Origin: the human T2T-CHM13v2.0 reference genome, Homo sapiens | DNA: 64,000 bases | Reading direction: 5' to 3' (one strand) | NCBI RefSeq assembly: GCF_009914755.1 | Contig: NC_060944.1 | Part shown: in pieces, positions 58,580 to 64,000 of the stretch | Numbering within the stretch: the stretch's first letter is position 1 | Layout of the letters: each line of letters begins with the position of its first letter | Made by a program: the position numbers and the translations under genes | Notes under the pieces: generated by a model | Told to the model about the DNA's origin: nothing | The model's input: only the letters and a program-made list of their open reading frames with translations | The model's database searches: none

Positions 58580-59622
58580 TGTGACGCAACAATCTCTCTG
58601 CCAGGTATATGCCCAAAGTAGATGAAATCACTACCTTGTAAAGATATCTGCATTTTCATGTTCATTGCAGCATTATTTGCAATAGCTGGGTTCTGAAAAC
58701 AACCTGTAAATTGATGGATGAATGCACAAAGAAAATGTGGTGTAAATCTGTATCTATATATTTATATATATAAAAATATATATATTTATATATATAAAAA
58801 TATATATATTTATATATACAAACATATATAAATATTTACATAGTATAGAGAGATATCAATATATATTTTATATATAAGTATATAAATATATATACTTATA
58901 TATAAATATAAATATATAAGTATATAATTATATAAATGTATATAAATAAATAAATATAAATATAGATAACATATATAAAATATTTATATATATTTATATA
59001 AATATAAATAAGTATATAATTATATAAATATATATAAATATATAAGTATATAAATATATAGTTATATTGATATATAAATATATATCTATATCGATATATT
59101 TATATGTCAATATAGGTACATAAACATATATATAAAATATACACACACAATGGAATATTATTTAGCCTTAAAATGGAAGGAGATCCTGCCATTTACCACA
59201 AAATAGATGGGCATGAAGGACATTTATGTTAAGCAAAATAGGCCAGATGCAGAAGATAAATTATTGCATAATCTCACTTATATGTGCAATCTAAAAAAAA
59301 GTTCAGATATTCAGAGAGAGATAATAAAGCTATCCAGGGGTTGGGAAGAGGGGGAGGAAATGGAGAGATATAGGTCAACAGATACAAAGTGGCAGATATA
59401 TAGAATGAACAACTCCAGAGACTGAATATACAGCATGAAGGCTACAGCTAATAAAATTGAATTTTGGATTTTTGTTAAATAAGTAGATTTTTGTTATTCT
59501 CACCCCAATAAAAAAGAACTGTGTGAGATGATAGATATGTTAAATGGCTTCACTGTAGTACCTATTTTACTATCTATATGTATCCCATAATATCATGTTG
59601 CAAATCTTAAATATACACAATA
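58580..59622 (+). mobile_element. L1MA-type 3' end containing an AT-rich expansion
   Basis: atgttcattgcagcattatt...gaaaatgtggt [AT tract] acacaatggaatatta...tatatgtatcccataatatcatgttg. Confidence 0.8.
58750..59140. repeat. (TA)n-rich low-complexity tract, ~390 bp
   Basis: Almost pure A/T with internal direct and inverted repeats. Confidence 0.95.
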
Positions 59623-59759
59623 GATTTTTTTTTTAAGCAGCTCTTTAAACCTCAACTATACCATGCTCTATATCCTAGGAGAAGCGACACTGTGTGCTGA
59701 AGCATGAATGGGTACAGTTAAAGTCTTTCCATTAGCCATCCTCCACCCCTCTGCCCGTC

Positions 59760-60073
59760 TTGTTTCTTTTTGGCAGGAGTAGGGGGTGGGGGCGAGGACA
59801 GGGTCTTGCTCTGTTACCCAGGCTGAAGTGTAGTGGCACAGTCTCACTGCAGCCTCAACCTCCCAGGCTCGAGTGGTCCTCCCGCCTCAGCCCCTTGAGT
59901 ATTTGGGACTACAGGAGCACACCACCACACCCAGCTAATTTTTATTATTTTTGGTAGAGACAGGGTCTCACCATGTTGCCTAGGCTGGTCTCGAACTCCT
60001 GGGCTCAAGCGATCCTTCCTCCTTGGCCTCTCAAAGTGCTGGGATTACAGTCATGAACCACTGTGCCTGGGCC
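59760..60073 (-). mobile_element. Alu (AluJ-type)
   Basis: gacagggtcttgctctgttacccaggc...ctcctgggctcaagcgatcc...tgtgcctgg; flanks cctctgcccgt / cttctgccagt. Confidence 0.88.
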
Positions 60074-61140
60074 CTTCTGCCAGTTTTTAGTACAGTAGTT
60101 TGAATATTTTTAGAAGATGGGCTGTGTGTCTAACTAAAACCTAATCGAGTGATTTATGCTAAAATTGTACCTATTCTCAATGGCCTGTCAGAACTGGGAA
60201 TAAGCCCTTTAAAATAAAATCAGCTTTGATATATATTTTCTTAAATGTGTTCACTGCTATCTTTTCTCTGCCTGAGAATTCTGCTAAGAAAACCTCCCAG
60301 CAAGGATAGCTTGTTTTAAGTTTTTTATAGTTTCTCCCATTGTCTTTTCATTGTCTCTGTCACTCCTTAAGATGTCATCTGAGCTTTATTAATATGTATT
60401 TGGTAATTTGTATTCATGCTATATCAACATGAGAAATAAAAGAGTCTCTCAGTTTTAGACTTCAGAGCCCCAAGTCGCCTGAATATATAGCCACCTAAAT
60501 ATGTTGTACTCAGCATTGGGACTAAGCCCCTGCTGCTCACATTACACAATGGAGCACCTTTCTGAGAGGCTAGCATTTACCTCTCCAGACATGTGTGCCA
60601 TCAAATAGATCCACAGACACAGATCCTTGGTCATACTGCAAATATCTTCTCTGTGGTTTGCCTTTTTATTCTCTTAGTAGTGTCTTAATGACCATAAATT
60701 CTTAATTTTAATAAAATTCAGTTCTTCTCCTTTATAGTTACTTCGTGTATATATTTCCTTAAAGCATTGCTTGTCTTCATATTAAGTTGTACAATATTTT
60801 GTGTAAATTATTTTAAAACATTTCTTCATTTTACTATTTTATTTAAAATGTAGTTTCTAAATATCCAGCAATTTTCCTCCTTTGTTTTATAAGTCCCTCA
60901 CTCCGCAGGACATATTACAAATTACTTGGTTGTAATTTGTATTTCTATTTAATATTTATTATAAATTATTAGATATTTTAAAATTTAGTTTTGAAGACAA
61001 GAAAGTATATTGGGTGCTAATAATACATTTCTGACCCTGACATCACCATGATAGCTTTGCATTAAATACAGTCTGGGCCGGATTTGGAAATGCTAACTTT
61101 TAGTTTTCTTATTGAAATAAATTGTATATACTTGCATGTA

Positions 61141-61470
61141 CAGTCAACCCTCTGAATCTGTGGGCTCCATGTCTGTAGATTCAACTAACCTTGGATTGAA
61201 AATGTTCAAAAAATGGATAGTGTGTCCGTATTGACCATGTACACGCATCTTTCTTGTCATTATTCTCTGAACAATACAGTATAACAACTATTTACATTGT
61301 ATTAGGTACTATAAGTACTCTAGGGATGATTTAAAGTAACAGGAGGATGTGCATAGATTATATGCAAATAGTATGCCATTTTTAATAAGAGGATGGAGCA
61401 TTGTGGCTTTTGGGATCCAAGGGGGTCTTAGTCTTAGAACCAGTCCCCTGTGGATACCGAGGGACGACTG
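61141..61470. mobile_element. MER2 (TcMar-Tigger) MITE
   Basis: TIRs cagtcaaccctctgaatctgtggg / cctgtggataccgagggacgactg flanked by TA at 61139-61140 and 61471-61472. Confidence 0.88.
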
Positions 61471-62836
61471 TATACCATATGAAGAGTGTGAAAACTGCAT
61501 TATTTTATAGGACTGCATCTTTCAATGTAATGTCAGGACTTGAACTGTGCAACAGTTAGGACACTCAATCCAGAGCCCTGGAAAGTACATGAACTACATT
61601 GAAATTCTGTCAAATAATTATTATGCGATTGCTGTTTCACTTTTAGTCAAGAAGCATTGAAAAAACAAGTAGCCTCATTAATCATTGAAAACATCAGAAT
61701 GAACTTTGAGGATCAGGAATTTAGGGACATGCAGATCTGGTCAATTGGCCATTATAATGATACAAATTAAAGCAAAGTCCAGCAGGGAAAATAATCCAGC
61801 TTGAATCCTGGGATCTATTCTTGTACCTTTGTGGCGTACACTTACCAGACAACAGATCTAAAATGTGGTGTGTATGTTTTACAATACTATATTAATATAA
61901 ACTATATTAATAGTCTCTAAGCCAAATGATATGTGATACATCCTAAACTTTTGTTTGAATAGTTGAATTTTTCTTTATTGTTTTCATGGATAGTTAATGA
62001 AATAGTTATGATAAAATATACCATGTTTGAAGTCATAACTTAATTACATTTATTAACAAGAAATAGTAATGTACAGGAATGAAACTGAAAGTTATTGTGC
62101 AATTTACTATTATCTTTTATGGATAGAACTGGTTACAAGTAACAAATGTAAATTTTTACATTTGCATGTAAGAAGATAAGTCCTAACAGCATTATTGAAT
62201 GATAACATTATTGAAATAACTTTAATTTCACTAAATTGATCCACATTTGCTATTTATATAGAGAGAAGACCAACTGTGATTTTTATATACATATTTGAAA
62301 TTATCCATCAATATCACATGGAATATTCAATCTGGCCTTTTGCGGGAGGAAGAAAGGAAGAGATTTTAGAGATTAGGAAAGGACAGCAAATTAGGAAAGA
62401 AAACCGCAGATACAGCAGATAAGGGAGGAAGAGGTGGATTATCTACCTCAGTGACAATTTACATGCTGAATTATACTAATTTCCCTGTGTTCTGTGATGC
62501 TCAGTAAATGAGACTCTGCTGATGTTCCTATAGGCCATGAACCAGCCGGCACGTTGGTTTCCACTACAACACCTACAAATAAACTGCTGAGTTAAAATCT
62601 ATTATAGCAGAGAATGGCTTATGACCCACAGACAATCATTCCTCTTCTAAATATATTCACAAATGCCTCATAAATGTTTGCTTGGGCATTTTATTTAGAA
62701 GCAACATGGATAAATATTTGAAAGAGTATTGCTAATGACAAAGCAAAAGTGAACTATAAAATAGCTTTAACGATGACTTTAAAATCTGCACTTTTCAAAT
62801 CAAGCACTCACTAAGGAAAGACAGGAAAATATAAGA

Positions 62837-62854
62837 TAGCAGCAGGTGAGCTCT

Positions 62855-62895
<41 letters not shown>
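62837..62895. repeat. (GT)n microsatellite
   Basis: Long perfect GT run directly visible. Confidence 0.95.
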
Positions 62896-62901
<6 letters not shown>

Positions 62902-63507
62902 TATGTGTCTATAGCTGTCTATGCGAAGCAAATCATATTTGCAAAATAAGACCAATATCTGCTGAATAGAAAAGAGCTGCATTGAACAGACATATCTGCC
63001 AGAAAAATCTGGGGTTGTAATTTAGGTTTTATAGTCCAAGAATGACTAGATTGCTTTTAAAAGCACTACTTCTTCAATGCTTTTATTCCATTCTTTGATC
63101 AAACATGTCAGCCAAGGAAGAAATGGTCATTTATTTCTTTTGAAAGCAGGAAAAAAAGAGATTTACATTAAATAGCGGTCATCACGGCGTTCGTAAGTTT
63201 CCAACTATTTATCAACATGCTTGGTTCGCAACTGCAATTCACTTAATTGGACTTGCATCTTCAGTAACACTGCAGCTTCCATACTGGAGGTGGTAGAGTT
63301 ATTCTAAGCCATGGGCAGGCTGGTCAAATGTACATATGGCTGTGTAATTGTCAGAAAATGTCCTCGTGTCAGATGGGGCCATGGCTTATAGTGAAAACAA
63401 TCCTGTTAGTGCTTCTGCAGCATATGAGGAGACAGCTCCACTTTATTAGTGAAATTACACTGGCCATGGATGACTGGCTGTCTTGATCATTTACAGGCCA
63501 ATTGTGA

Positions 63508-63661
63508 AGCCACTGATGAAATCACTGGGCAGCCCAATCCAATTCAGTCATTAAGACAACTGGAGTAACCAGACTGTAAAATGGTTGGTCTGGTTATTTC
63601 TTAATGATGTAATTGGATAGACCAGAGGGAGATCCAATTAATTGCTGAGCAATTGGTGGCT
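63508..63661. mobile_element. Ancient palindromic element, MER135-like
   Basis: Three nested perfect stems of 8-9 bp; resembles the recalled MER135 consensus (…tgggcagcc…aatccaattcagt…taaccag…ctggttatt…). Confidence 0.55.
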
Positions 63662-64000
63662 ATGGTGGTCTCACTGATAAGCTCAGCTGTCAGTGATGGA
63701 CTTGAATTGACTGTACAGCTTCCTGATCAATTGTACAAGTTACTCTTACCAAGCTGGGGGTTGGGGAGAATTGATTTAATTTTGGTGATTTCATTGAGCC
63801 CACTGATAAATCACATATCTTAAGTGTCTCTCTCTCTCTCTGTGTGCGTGTGTGTGTTTGTGTATGTGAATGTGTGTGTTATTTTCTCAATTGCAATATA
63901 TTTGTGAGATATCAGTGATATATAATGCTATTTTAAGATATGGTTATTTTACCTTGCCAGTGTATATTTCATTGGAAAAGTCTATAGGCTCTTGTAGAGA

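Overview
Non-coding, repeat-rich hominid (human or great-ape) genomic DNA. The taxon is inferred from an SVA, AluY copies, an L1PA3-type LINE and LTR2/MER41 LTRs. I find no credible protein-coding gene, RNA gene or CpG island; nearly all long ORFs come from Alu, L1, SVA, LTR or microsatellite sequence. The notable structure is retrotransposition history readable at base level: (1) a 5'-truncated SVA carrying a ~250-bp 3' transduction inside a perfect 16-17-bp TSD; (2) an unrecognised ~270-bp A-tailed insert with its own TSD inside an old L1; (3) two twin-primed (5'-inverted) L1s, the younger creating an open 337-aa chimeric ORF about 2.2 kb downstream of a same-strand LTR2. Also present are a MER41 LTR with one intact GAS site and one N4-spaced site, and a nested-hairpin MER135-like element. 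I found no evidence for a new multi-gene system. Family names are from recalled consensus sequences, not a database search, and boundaries of old elements are approximate.
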